Assembly: GCA_029851125.1 (NCBI GenBank) | Contig: CP100319.1 | Location: 75,762 to 139,761 of the forward strand | Direction of reading: 5' to 3' | Length of the DNA stretch: 64,000 bases | DNA from: Candidatus Bostrichicola ureolyticus | GTDB lineage: Bacteria; Bacteroidota; Bacteroidia; Flavobacteriales; Blattabacteriaceae | Part shown: positions 20,940-30,428 of the stretch, piece by piece | How the letters are laid out: the number at the start of each line of letters is the position of its first letter | Numbering within the stretch: the stretch's first letter is position 1 | Notes under the pieces: generated by a model | Seen by the model: the letters and a program-made list of their open reading frames with translations, nothing else | Told to the model about the DNA's origin: nothing | Databases searched by the model: none | Position numbers and translations under genes: made by a program

Positions 20940-21914
20940 TTATTTTAAATATAAAACTTCTTTAATAGCATTAATAACTCTATATTTATTAGGATACCAA
21001 ATTTTAAATAAATTATTTGAATAAGGAGCCGGTATATCTGGTAATGTTATTCTTTTAATAGGTGCATCAAGATAATCAAAAGCTTTTTGTTGCACTACAT
21101 AAGTAATTTCAGAAGCTATAGAAGCAAAAGGCCATGATTCTTCTACAATTACTAATCGATTAGTTTTTTTTACTGAATCTAAAATGGTTTTATAATCTAA
21201 TGGACGTATTGTACATAGATCAATTATTTCTATATCAATATCTTTCAAAATTTCAATAGCCTCAAAAACTATTTTTATAATTTTTCCAAAAGATACTACA
21301 GTTACATCATTTCCTTTTTTTTTAATTGAAGCTACTCCTAATGGTATTAAATATTCTTCTTTAGGAATCATCATTTTATCATTATACATTTGTTCAGATT
21401 CCATAAAAATAATAGGATCATTATCCCTTATTGATGATTTTAAAAGACCTTTAGCATCATATGGATTTGAAGGAATTACTACTTTTAATCCTGGACAATT
21501 AGCATACCAACTTTCAAAAGATTGTGAATGAGTTGCACCTAATTGTCCTGCAGAACCTGTAGGTCCTCTAAAGACTATAGGAATATTCCATTGTCCACCA
21601 CTCATTTGAGATATTTTAGCAGCATTATTAACAATTTGATCTATAGCTAATAAAGAAAAATTAAAAGTCATAAATTCAATAATAGGCCTACAACCATTCA
21701 TAGCTGAACCAATACCTATTCCAGCAAATCCTAATTCTGAAATAGGAGTATCAATTACTCTTTCTTTACCAAACTCTTCTAACATCCCTTTAGAAGCTTT
21801 ATAAGCACCATTATATTCAGCTACTTCTTCTCCCATAAGATATATAGTATTATCTCTTCTCATTTCTTCACTCATAGCTTCAACTATTACTTCACGAAAT
21901 GTTATTTCTTTCAT
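20940..21914 (-). CDS. pdhB: pyruvate dehydrogenase E1 component subunit beta (alpha-ketoacid dehydrogenase beta)
   Basis: A 324-aa ORF with a transketolase-like pyrimidine-binding domain (TFREVIVEAMSEEMRRD..., VIDTPISELGFAGIGIGSAM). Confidence 0.9.
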   Translation of the reverse strand: MKEITFREVIVEAMSEEMRRDNTIYLMGEEVAEYNGAYKASKGMLEEFGKERVIDTPISELGFAGIGIGSAMNGCRPIIEFMTFNFSLLAIDQIVNNAAKISQMSGGQWNIPIVFRGPTGSAGQLGATHSQSFESWYANCPGLKVVIPSNPYDAKGLLKSSIRDNDPIIFMESEQMYNDKMMIPKEEYLIPLGVASIKKKGNDVTVVSFGKIIKIVFEAIEILKDIDIEIIDLCTIRPLDYKTILDSVKKTNRLVIVEESWPFASIASEITYVVQQKAFDYLDAPIKRITLPDIPAPYSNNLFKIWYPNKYRVINAIKEVLYLK

Positions 21915-21973
21915 TTTATTTTTTTATTTAACTAAAATATAGTAACTTTTTTTTTATTTTAAATAAAGTTAAA

Positions 21974-22570
21974 ATGGAATTAATACAATTAAATATACGT
22001 GGTATATCTCATAATCAAGTACAAGCTGGTGCTTATGCTTTATTACTTGAAGAAAAATCAGGACAAATAAAAATTCCTATTATTATAGGAATATTAGAAG
22101 CACAATCTATTGCTTCAGCTTTAGAAAAAGAACAACATGTAAGACCTTTTACCCATGATCTTTTTGTAAATTTTGCTAAAATTTTTGATTTAAATATGAA
22201 ATCAGTTATTATATATAAAATATATGATGGAATATTTTTTTCACGCATAATTTTTGAAAAATTATGTGATAAAGGAGAAAAAATAGAAAAAGAAATTGAT
22301 TCAAGAACATCAGATGCTATAGCTTTAGCTATACGATTTAAATCTCCTATATATGCTACAAAAGAAGTTTTTGATAAAGCTGGTATTCGGTTTGAACATT
22401 ATTTTTCCTTTTCAGGTGGATTAGATAAAGAAATGAATAATATACAAAATGATTTAAAAAAACTAACAGTGGAAGATTTGCAAAATTTATTAAAACAAGC
22501 AGTTATTAATGAAGAATATGAATTTGCAGCTCATATAAAAAAAGAATTAGACAATAGAAAAAATATATGA
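21974..22570 (+). CDS. bifunctional nuclease family protein (DUF151) with a C-terminal UVR motif
   Basis: Has YALLLEEKSGQIKIPIIIGILEAQSIA...RPFTHDL, typical of the DUF151 nuclease family, and a C-terminal EEYEFAAHIKKELDNR UVR-like helix. Confidence 0.75.
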   Translation: MELIQLNIRGISHNQVQAGAYALLLEEKSGQIKIPIIIGILEAQSIASALEKEQHVRPFTHDLFVNFAKIFDLNMKSVIIYKIYDGIFFSRIIFEKLCDKGEKIEKEIDSRTSDAIALAIRFKSPIYATKEVFDKAGIRFEHYFSFSGGLDKEMNNIQNDLKKLTVEDLQNLLKQAVINEEYEFAAHIKKELDNRKNI

Positions 22571-23292
22571 TATATATTTATGGTATACGGCCAATAATAG
22601 AAGCTATTAAATCAGGAAAAACTATTTATAATATTTTAATACAAGAAGGTTATAAGAAATCAAATTATATTGAAATTTTCAATTTTATTAAAAAAAAAAA
22701 TATACCGTTACAAATTGTTAATTCATTAAATCATATTAACAATAAAAATCATCAAGGTATTATAGCTTATATATCACAAATACATTATTCTAAAATAGAT
22801 CAATTATTACCTAGAATATATGAAAAAGGAAAAAATCCTTTATTACTTATATTGGATAGCATAACTGATGTAAAAAATTTTGGAGCTATAATTCGGACGG
22901 CTGCTTCTACAGGTGTAAATGCTATTATTTTCTCAAATAAAAATATAGCTCCCATAAATGCAGATTCAATAAAAACATCATCAGGATGTCTATTCAAAAT
23001 ACCAATATGTAAAGAAAATAATTTAAAAAAAACAATTTTATATATTAAAAATTATGGTATACATATAGTCGCAGCTACAGAAAAAAAAGGTTTTCTTTGG
23101 TATGAAAATGATTTCTCTATTCCTACTGCTATAATTTTAGGAAGTGAAAAAAATGGAATATCTTCATCAATTTTAGTTCTTTGCAATAAAAAAATTAAAC
23201 TTCCTATGCAAAGAAATGTTGACTCATTAAATGTATCAGTAGCTTGTGGCGCTATTTTATATGAAGCTGTAAGACAACGTAAATTAATATAA
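22567..23292 (+). CDS. rlmB: 23S rRNA (guanosine-2'-O)-methyltransferase RlmB (SpoU/TrmH family)
   Basis: SpoU-family motifs [28 protein letters not shown] and [14 protein letters not shown]. It contains an in-frame A11 run at 22690-22700. Confidence 0.85.
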   Translation: MIYIYGIRPIIEAIKSGKTIYNILIQEGYKKSNYIEIFNFIKKKNIPLQIVNSLNHINNKNHQGIIAYISQIHYSKIDQLLPRIYEKGKNPLLLILDSITDVKNFGAIIRTAASTGVNAIIFSNKNIAPINADSIKTSSGCLFKIPICKENNLKKTILYIKNYGIHIVAATEKKGFLWYENDFSIPTAIILGSEKNGISSSILVLCNKKIKLPMQRNVDSLNVSVACGAILYEAVRQRKLI

Positions 23293-24297
23293 ACTACTTT
23301 TAAATTGTTTTAAAAAACGAACATCATTTTCAAAAAAGATTCTAATATCATTTATATTAAAATATGACAATGCTATTCGTTCAATACCTAATCCAAAAGC
23401 AAAACCTGAATAGATTTCAGGATCTATATTGACATTTTGTAATACATATGGATCAACCATTCCACAACCCATAATTTCTAACCATCCAGTATTATTAGTA
23501 ATAAATTTATTTATTTTATTATTTAACCCTAAATAAATATCTACTTCTGCACTAGGTTCAGTAAATGGAAAATATGATGGTCTTAATCTAATAGGAGTAT
23601 CATTAAATAATGACTTAGTAAAATATTCTATAATTTGTTTAAGATCTATGAAAGAAACATTAGTATTTACATATAAACCTTCAATTTGATGAAATAAACA
23701 ATGAGACCGTGATGAAATAACTTCTTTACGATATACTTTTCCATATGATAAAATTCGTATAGGAGGTTTATTATTTTCCATATAACGTATTTGTACTGAA
23801 GAAGTATGTGTACGTAATAACATTTTTTCTTTAATAAAAAAAGTATCTTGCATATCTCTAGCTGGATGATCATAAGGAAAATTTAAAGCAGTAAAATTAT
23901 GCCAATCATCTTCTATTTCAGGACCTTCAATAAAAGTAAATCCTTTTTTATAAAAAATATTTAAAATTTTATTTCTTAGAATAGATATTGGATGTCTAGA
24001 ACCTATTTCAAATAAATTACTATATATTGTTAAATCTTTTAAAGAATTATATTTTTTTTTTTTAGAAAATTTTTGTTTATAAAAATTAATTTTAGTTAAA
24101 ACATTTGTTTTTAAATTATTAATGGCTAAACCAATATTTTTTTTATCTTCTTCAGATAAATATTTAATTTCTTTAATTAATTGTGTAATTACACCTTTTT
24201 TACTAATAAATTTTTTTTTAAAATTTTCTATTTCTTCAATATTATTTATTTCAAATAATTTAATTTCTTCTTCTAATTTTTTTATTATTTTAATCAT
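23284..24297 (-). CDS. pheS: phenylalanine--tRNA ligase subunit alpha
   Basis: Class II motifs [26 protein letters not shown] and [13 protein letters not shown], 337 aa. It contains an in-frame A12 run (24052-24063 on the + strand). Confidence 0.95.
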   Translation of the reverse strand: MIKIIKKLEEEIKLFEINNIEEIENFKKKFISKKGVITQLIKEIKYLSEEDKKNIGLAINNLKTNVLTKINFYKQKFSKKKKYNSLKDLTIYSNLFEIGSRHPISILRNKILNIFYKKGFTFIEGPEIEDDWHNFTALNFPYDHPARDMQDTFFIKEKMLLRTHTSSVQIRYMENNKPPIRILSYGKVYRKEVISSRSHCLFHQIEGLYVNTNVSFIDLKQIIEYFTKSLFNDTPIRLRPSYFPFTEPSAEVDIYLGLNNKINKFITNNTGWLEIMGCGMVDPYVLQNVNIDPEIYSGFAFGLGIERIALSYFNINDIRIFFENDVRFLKQFKSSLY

Positions 24298-24559
24298 AAT
24301 AATATTTGTATGAATTTTTTTTAGATTATTAATAATATTGATTATAGTAGGATATAAAGGATTTATATTCCAAAATTTTTTAATGTTCCAATAACTTATA
24401 TAAAAAATTAAATATATATTTATTTTTATTACAACTTTATATATTTTTGTAGGTAAAAATTATAAATTAGCATGTGTAATTATAAATTTATTTTGCATAT
24501 ATAAATAAAAAATATATGTTATTTTCTTCATATAATAATTTAATATTTACATTAATAAA

Positions 24560-25696
24560 ATGAAAAAAAAGAATTATTTTAAAATACTAATAATAGTATT
24601 TTTTATACTAAATATTAGTTTTTTTTTACCCCAATTTTTACAAAAATCTAAAAAATCTTATAAAATAGCTACTATAGCATTTTATAATGTAGAAAATTTA
24701 TTTGATACAATTAAATCCATTGATTATATTAATGGTTTTTTATCACCTTACAATCCTTCTTTTCATCTAAGTATTCCATTAGATAGTAATCTTGCTAAAC
24801 AAACTCCTATATACAAAGGTCTATATTCAGATTATATTTTTTTTAAAAAAAAAATTAAAGTATTACGACCTTTAGCATTTAGTAATGATTTTACTCCTAA
24901 TGGAATTAAAAAATGGACTTTAAAAAGATACAAAATTAAATTAAAGCATATTTCTAAAGTTATATCTGAAATAAAACCAGTTATTTTAGGTTTAGCTGAA
25001 GTAGAAAATAAAAAAGTTTTACTAGATTTAGTTAATCAACCTGTTTTGAAAAAATATAATTATGAAATTATTCATTATAATTCTTATGATACTAGAGGAA
25101 TAGATTGTGGAATAATTTATCAAAAAAAACGATTTTTTCCTACAAAAACAAAACATTATGTAATATATGGTCTATATACTAGAGATATATTATTAGTAGA
25201 AGGAAAATTAGATGGAGAATATATTTATGTTATTGTAAATCATTGGCCTTCTAAAATTGGAAAAAATAGCGATTATAAACGTTATAAAGCTTCTAAAGTA
25301 TTAGGATCCATATTAAAAGAAATTCAAAATAAAAATAAAAATGCAAAAATTATTATTATGGGAGACTTTAATGATAATCCTAACACTTCTTCAATTAAAC
25401 TTATTTCAAATAAAAAATATAAAATATTTAATACTATGAATAATATTTGTACGAAAACAAAAGGTACTTATATGTATAAAAACAAATGGAATTGCTTAGA
25501 TCAAATAATGTTATCATATAATTTAATTAATAATTTAAATAACTATCATATGTATAAAATAGAAATTTTTAAAAAACGTTATTTAATAAAATCAGGTAGT
25601 AAACAACCATTTAGAACTTTTAAAGGTAATAAATATCTAGGTGGTTATAGTGATCATTTACCAGTTTATATAATTTTAATTAAAAAATTAAATTGA
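24560..25696 (+). CDS. secreted endonuclease/exonuclease/phosphatase (EEP) family protein
   Basis: An N-terminal signal/TM segment (ILIIVFFILNISFFL) and EEP motifs FYNVENLFD, GLAEVEN, VNHWPSK, IMGDFND and YSDHLPV. Confidence 0.75.
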   Translation: MKKKNYFKILIIVFFILNISFFLPQFLQKSKKSYKIATIAFYNVENLFDTIKSIDYINGFLSPYNPSFHLSIPLDSNLAKQTPIYKGLYSDYIFFKKKIKVLRPLAFSNDFTPNGIKKWTLKRYKIKLKHISKVISEIKPVILGLAEVENKKVLLDLVNQPVLKKYNYEIIHYNSYDTRGIDCGIIYQKKRFFPTKTKHYVIYGLYTRDILLVEGKLDGEYIYVIVNHWPSKIGKNSDYKRYKASKVLGSILKEIQNKNKNAKIIIMGDFNDNPNTSSIKLISNKKYKIFNTMNNICTKTKGTYMYKNKWNCLDQIMLSYNLINNLNNYHMYKIEIFKKRYLIKSGSKQPFRTFKGNKYLGGYSDHLPVYIILIKKLN

Positions 25697-27037
25697 TAAC
25701 CAATTGTTGATTGAATCAACTATAGTATCAATATCACCTGCTCCTATTGTTAATAATATATCAAAATATATAGATTTTATTGCTTGCAAAACATTTGACA
25801 AAGAACATATTTGTTTTTCTTTGATATTTATATCTTTTAATAAATCATAAGAACTAATTCCTTTAATAGGATTTTCTCTAGCTGGATAAATATTTAGTAA
25901 TATTAATGCATCAAATTTTTCTAAACTTTTTATAAAACTATTTTTTAAATATTTAGTTCTACTGAATAAATGAGGTTGAAATACACCTAATAATTTTCCA
26001 TTAAAATCACTTCTAATTGTATTTACAACAACATCTATTTCTTTAGGATGATGTGCATAATCATCTATATATATTTTTTTAGAAGATTTATAAACAATCG
26101 AAAATCTTCTTTTAACTCCTTTAAAAGAAAATAAAATTTTTCTTAATTCTTCTATTTCAAAATCAAATTGTGTTAATATAGTTAAAGCAGCAGTAATATT
26201 TTCTAAATTATATTTTCCTCTCATTGGTAATGGTAACATCTCCAAAACTCCTTTTGGAGTATTAAAATCAAAAAAATTTTTATAATTTTTATTATATACT
26301 GAATAATAATCTGCTTTTTCTTCTACAGAATAAGTAATTATATTTTTTATTTCTTTTGAAAGAAAAAAATTATTATTTAATATTCCTTTATTAACAAAAA
26401 TTTTACCATTATTTTTTAATTTTTTATAAAAAGCTAAATAAGCTTGTTTCAAACAATATATATTTTTGTATATATCTATATGATCCATATCAATGGAATT
26501 GATACAAATTATATTAGGTGATAATTGCAAAAACGAATAATCAAATTCATCAGCTTCTACTATTGAGAGTTCATTTCCTTTTAAAATAATATTAGAATCA
26601 TAATTTTCAGCTATACCTCCTAAAAAAGCTGTTAAGTTATAATCTAATTTATCTAACATAAATCCTAATAATGTAGAAATAGTTGTTTTACCATGTGTAC
26701 CTGCTATGGCTATACAATAATTATTTTTTGTAATTTGTCCTAAAATCTCTGAACGTTTTTTTATAATGAAATTATTTTTTTTAAAAAACATTAATTGTTT
26801 GTTATTATTATTAATAGCAGGAGTATATATTATTATACTATTATAATATTTAATTTCTTTAGGTATTAGTTCTAATCTATCATTATAATTTATATTTATA
26901 CCTTCTTTTTCAAGTTTTTGAGTTAAAATTGTTTTTACTCTGTCATATCCATATACTTTTTTTCCCATAAAATTAAAATATCTAGCTAAAGCACTCATTC
27001 CTATTCCACCAATTCCAATAAAATAAAAATATTTCAT
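25688..27037 (-). CDS. murC: UDP-N-acetylmuramate--L-alanine ligase
   Basis: Has the N-terminus FIGIGGIGMSALARY and the Mur ligase P-loop IAGTHGKTT, 449 aa. Its ATG overlaps the murG TGA (ATGA). Confidence 0.95.
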   Translation of the reverse strand: MKYFYFIGIGGIGMSALARYFNFMGKKVYGYDRVKTILTQKLEKEGININYNDRLELIPKEIKYYNSIIIYTPAINNNNKQLMFFKKNNFIIKKRSEILGQITKNNYCIAIAGTHGKTTISTLLGFMLDKLDYNLTAFLGGIAENYDSNIILKGNELSIVEADEFDYSFLQLSPNIICINSIDMDHIDIYKNIYCLKQAYLAFYKKLKNNGKIFVNKGILNNNFFLSKEIKNIITYSVEEKADYYSVYNKNYKNFFDFNTPKGVLEMLPLPMRGKYNLENITAALTILTQFDFEIEELRKILFSFKGVKRRFSIVYKSSKKIYIDDYAHHPKEIDVVVNTIRSDFNGKLLGVFQPHLFSRTKYLKNSFIKSLEKFDALILLNIYPARENPIKGISSYDLLKDINIKEKQICSLSNVLQAIKSIYFDILLTIGAGDIDTIVDSINNWLSI

Positions 27038-28155
27038 AATATTAATTTTAATATTTCATCAACAATTTTTTCTGTAGCATTTGGTTTTGAAAATTTCAAA
27101 ATATTTTTGGATAAAGAATTTTTAATAGATACATCATTAAGTATTTTCATAGTTTTTTTTATCATATTTGTTTCTATTTCATTATCTTTAATCATTAAAG
27201 CAGCATTATTATTCACTAATAATTGCGCATTTATTGTTTGATGATCTTTTTTAGCCCAAGGAAAGGGAATTAGCAAACAAGGTTTACCTAAGGTAGATAG
27301 TTCTGAAATTGCCAATCCTCCAGATCTTGAAACAACTACATCTGATGCTGCATATGCTAAATTAATATTTTCAATATTTTTATATATTAAAATATTAGGA
27401 TGTCTAATACATTTTTGTTGAATTTTATTAAAATCATTATTTCCTACTTGCCATATTATTTGAATATTATTATCTATTAATATTTTTATATTTTTTAACC
27501 ATCCATTATTTATGCTATGTGCTCCTTGACTTCCACCTATAGATAAAATAACAGGTTTATCAGGTTTTAAACCTAATTTTTTACAAGCTTCTTTTTTAGA
27601 AAAAAAATTATTTAAAATTTCTGACCTTAAAGGATTACCAGTAATAATTATTTTATTTTTATTTTTAAAATAACTTAAAGATTCTTCATAAGTTAAACAT
27701 ATTTTATCAACATATTTACTAAGAATTTTATTAATACTTCCTGGAAGTAAATTTTGTTCTTGAATTAAAGTAGGTTTTTTTTGATAAACAGCTATTATTA
27801 ATGGTAATAAACTAATAAATTCACCTGTCCCAATAACTATATTGGGATTGAATTTTTTAATCAAATTATTTATTGTAAAAAAACTATTAATCATTTGTAT
27901 TGGGAATACAAATAATTTTTTCCATAAAATATTAGGTATTTTATTTATTTTAAGTCCGTAAATATGATAATTTGCTAATGGTATTTTTTCCATTTCCATT
28001 CTTCCTAAAGAACCTAAAAATAATATATTAGGATATATATTTAAATATAATAATTTTTCTTTTAATTTATCAGCAATTGCTATAGATGAATAAATATGTC
28101 CTCCAGTACCTCCTCCACAAATTATAATTTTTAATGATTTATTTGATTTATTCAT
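27034..28155 (-). CDS. murG: UDP-N-acetylglucosamine--N-acetylmuramyl-(pentapeptide) pyrophosphoryl-undecaprenol GlcNAc transferase
   Basis: Has the GGGTGGHIYSSIAIA N-terminal motif and a GT28 C-terminal domain (SRSGGLAISEL), 373 aa. Confidence 0.95.
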   Translation of the reverse strand: MNKSNKSLKIIICGGGTGGHIYSSIAIADKLKEKLLYLNIYPNILFLGSLGRMEMEKIPLANYHIYGLKINKIPNILWKKLFVFPIQMINSFFTINNLIKKFNPNIVIGTGEFISLLPLIIAVYQKKPTLIQEQNLLPGSINKILSKYVDKICLTYEESLSYFKNKNKIIITGNPLRSEILNNFFSKKEACKKLGLKPDKPVILSIGGSQGAHSINNGWLKNIKILIDNNIQIIWQVGNNDFNKIQQKCIRHPNILIYKNIENINLAYAASDVVVSRSGGLAISELSTLGKPCLLIPFPWAKKDHQTINAQLLVNNNAALMIKDNEIETNMIKKTMKILNDVSIKNSLSKNILKFSKPNATEKIVDEILKLIL

Positions 28156-29449
28156 TATAAAAATATTTTTTTTACTTCATTTTTAAATTGTCTACCACGA
28201 TCTTTATAATCTCTAAACATATCATAACTAGAACAAGATGGAGATAATAATATTTTATCTCCTTTATTACTTAATAAATATACTTTATAGACAGCCTCTT
28301 TCATATTTTCTGCTATAAAAATAGGAATTATAGTCTTAAAAGTATCTATAATTTTTTTATGTTTTCCCAAACAAATTAAATATTTAACTTTCTTTTTTAC
28401 TAAATTTAGTAATTGATTATAATCATTACCTTTATCATATCCACCTGCTATCCATATAATAGGAAAATCTATTTTGTTTATAGCATGTAATGTAGCATCT
28501 ACATTAGTAGCTTTTGAATCGTTAATAAATTGTATACCATTAATATTCAAAAAATTTTCCAAACGATGATTTACAGGTTTAAACGTAATTAATTTATTTT
28601 TAATTATTGTATTATCAATATTGAAAATTTTGGCTACCCAAATAGCTGACATAATATTATATATATTATGATATTTTAATAAATAATTAATTTCTTCTAT
28701 TTTAAAATTTATTTCTTGCAAAAATTGTAAATAATTATTATTAGTTATAGGGATACTTATAGCTTTTATATTAATATTATTTTCAATTTCATTTTTAATA
28801 TAAAAATTATCTTTATTAAAGATAAAAAAATCTTTATTATTTTGATATTTAGTAATACTTAATTTAGAATCTATATATAATTTTAAATTATAGTTATACC
28901 AATCCATATGATCATATGAAATATTAAGTAATATTGCTATATATGGTTTAAATCTTACAGAATCATATAATTGAAAACTACTTATTTCTAATATATAATA
29001 ATCAAATATTTTATTTTTAGCTATTTCTAAAGCAAAACTATTACCTATATTTCCAGATAATCCTACAGATATATAATCTTTTAATAAATGATAAATAAGT
29101 AAAGAAGTAGTAGTTTTGCCATTACTTCCTGTAATAGCTATTATTGGTGATTTGTTATAACGTTGTGCAAACATTAATTCTGAAATAATTGGTATACCTT
29201 TACTTTTAATTTTATTTATTAAATAATTATTATTAATACCTGGACTTTTTATAATTTCGTTAGCCAATAATATTTTATCTTCTGTATGTTTATTTTCTTC
29301 AAAATCTATTGAATTAGATATTAATAATTGTTTATATTCATTTTTAATAGATCCGTTATCAGATAAAAAAATATTATATTTTTTTTTTTTGCTAAAAGAG
29401 CTGCTCCTATTCCACTTTCTCCTCCTCCTAATATTGTTATATTTTTCAT
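28155..29449 (-). CDS. murD: UDP-N-acetylmuramoylalanine--D-glutamate ligase, frameshifted in an A12 tract (possible pseudogene, sequencing error, or slippage-rescued)
   Basis: The long ORF 28155-29267 carries ITGSNGKTTT. The missing N-terminus, MKNITILGGGESGIGAALLAKKK, starts at the ATG at 29449 (ATGA overlap with the mraY stop) in another frame. The two frames join inside the T12 run at 29379-29390 (+ strand). One added A gives a 431-aa MurD. Confidence 0.85.
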
Positions 29450-30428
29450 TGTTTATATATAATTTCTATAATTATAGATATAATTAATTGAATTATTATT
29501 AATCTAATTGATATTTTATTATCATGATATCCCATTTTTTGAAAATGATGATGTAATGGTGACATTAAAAAAATTTTTTTACCTATTCCATATTTAATTT
29601 TAGTATATTTAAAATATAATACTTGTATTACTATGGATAATAATTCTATAATAAAAATTGCACATAAACTTATAATAAGTAATTCTTTTTTAATTAGAAT
29701 AGCTATTACAGCAATTATTCCACCAATAGTTAAACTACCAGTATCTCCCATAAAAATTTGAGCAGGATAAATATTATACCATAAAAATCCCATTAAAGAG
29801 CCAAGAAAAGATGTATTATAAATTAATAAATCATTATTATTATTAATATTTAATATTATTGTGAATATAATAATTGAAGATATAAAAGCTGTTAATCCAT
29901 CTATACCATCTGTAATATTAGCACCATTAGATATAAATATAATTAAACTAATAGTTATTATTATAAATAATAATTTATCAAAAAAAAATGCATTATTTAT
30001 TAAATAATAATAATTGGTATTTTCCATTAATCTTATATCATAAATAATATTACCTATTAATATTCCTAATATTAATTGACTAATTAATTTATATATTGCT
30101 TTAATCCCTTGTTTTTTTTTAAAAAAAATTTTGATGTAATCATCAATAAATCCAGTTAATCCAATCCATAAAGTAGTAAAAATTAGTATTTTGACATTGA
30201 ATTTATAATTATAATTAAATATTAATGTTGAAATTAATGTAACAATAATAATAATTAAACCTCCCATAGATGGAATTTGTTTATTATTATTATAATTAGG
30301 TAAATCTAATAATCTTATATTTTCCCATATTTTTTTTTTTGCATATATATTATATATTTTTTAAAAAAAAATATTCCAATTAATAAAGAAAAAATAAATG
30401 ATAAAAAAGATTTTAATAACAAATTCAT
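29446..30428 (-). CDS. mraY: phospho-N-acetylmuramoyl-pentapeptide transferase, frameshifted in an A11 tract (possible pseudogene, sequencing error, or slippage-rescued)
   Basis: The long ORF 29446-30267 (MGGLIII...GFIDDY...GDTGSLTIGG...) lacks an N-terminus. An ATG at 30428 (ATGA overlap with the murE stop) opens MNLLLKSFLSFIFSLLIGIFFFKKYIIYMQKKK in another frame. The frames meet in the T11 run at 30330-30340 (+ strand). Confidence 0.85.

Noticed and set aside
24310-24399. A 29-codon hydrophobic ORF ([27 protein letters not shown]) in the pheS/EEP divergent spacer.
   Set aside because: It has no recognisable family, its composition is what random A/T-rich sequence gives, and there is nothing to distinguish it from chance.
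29446-30428. Possible TGA-to-Trp recoding, as in some tiny symbiont genomes, as an explanation for the broken mraY/murD.
   Set aside because: TGA sits at sensible gene ends (murE, mraY, murG, ccoP) in ATGA overlaps. All other conserved genes are full length under the standard code. The breaks in mraY/murD are frame changes at homopolymers, not in-frame TGA codons.
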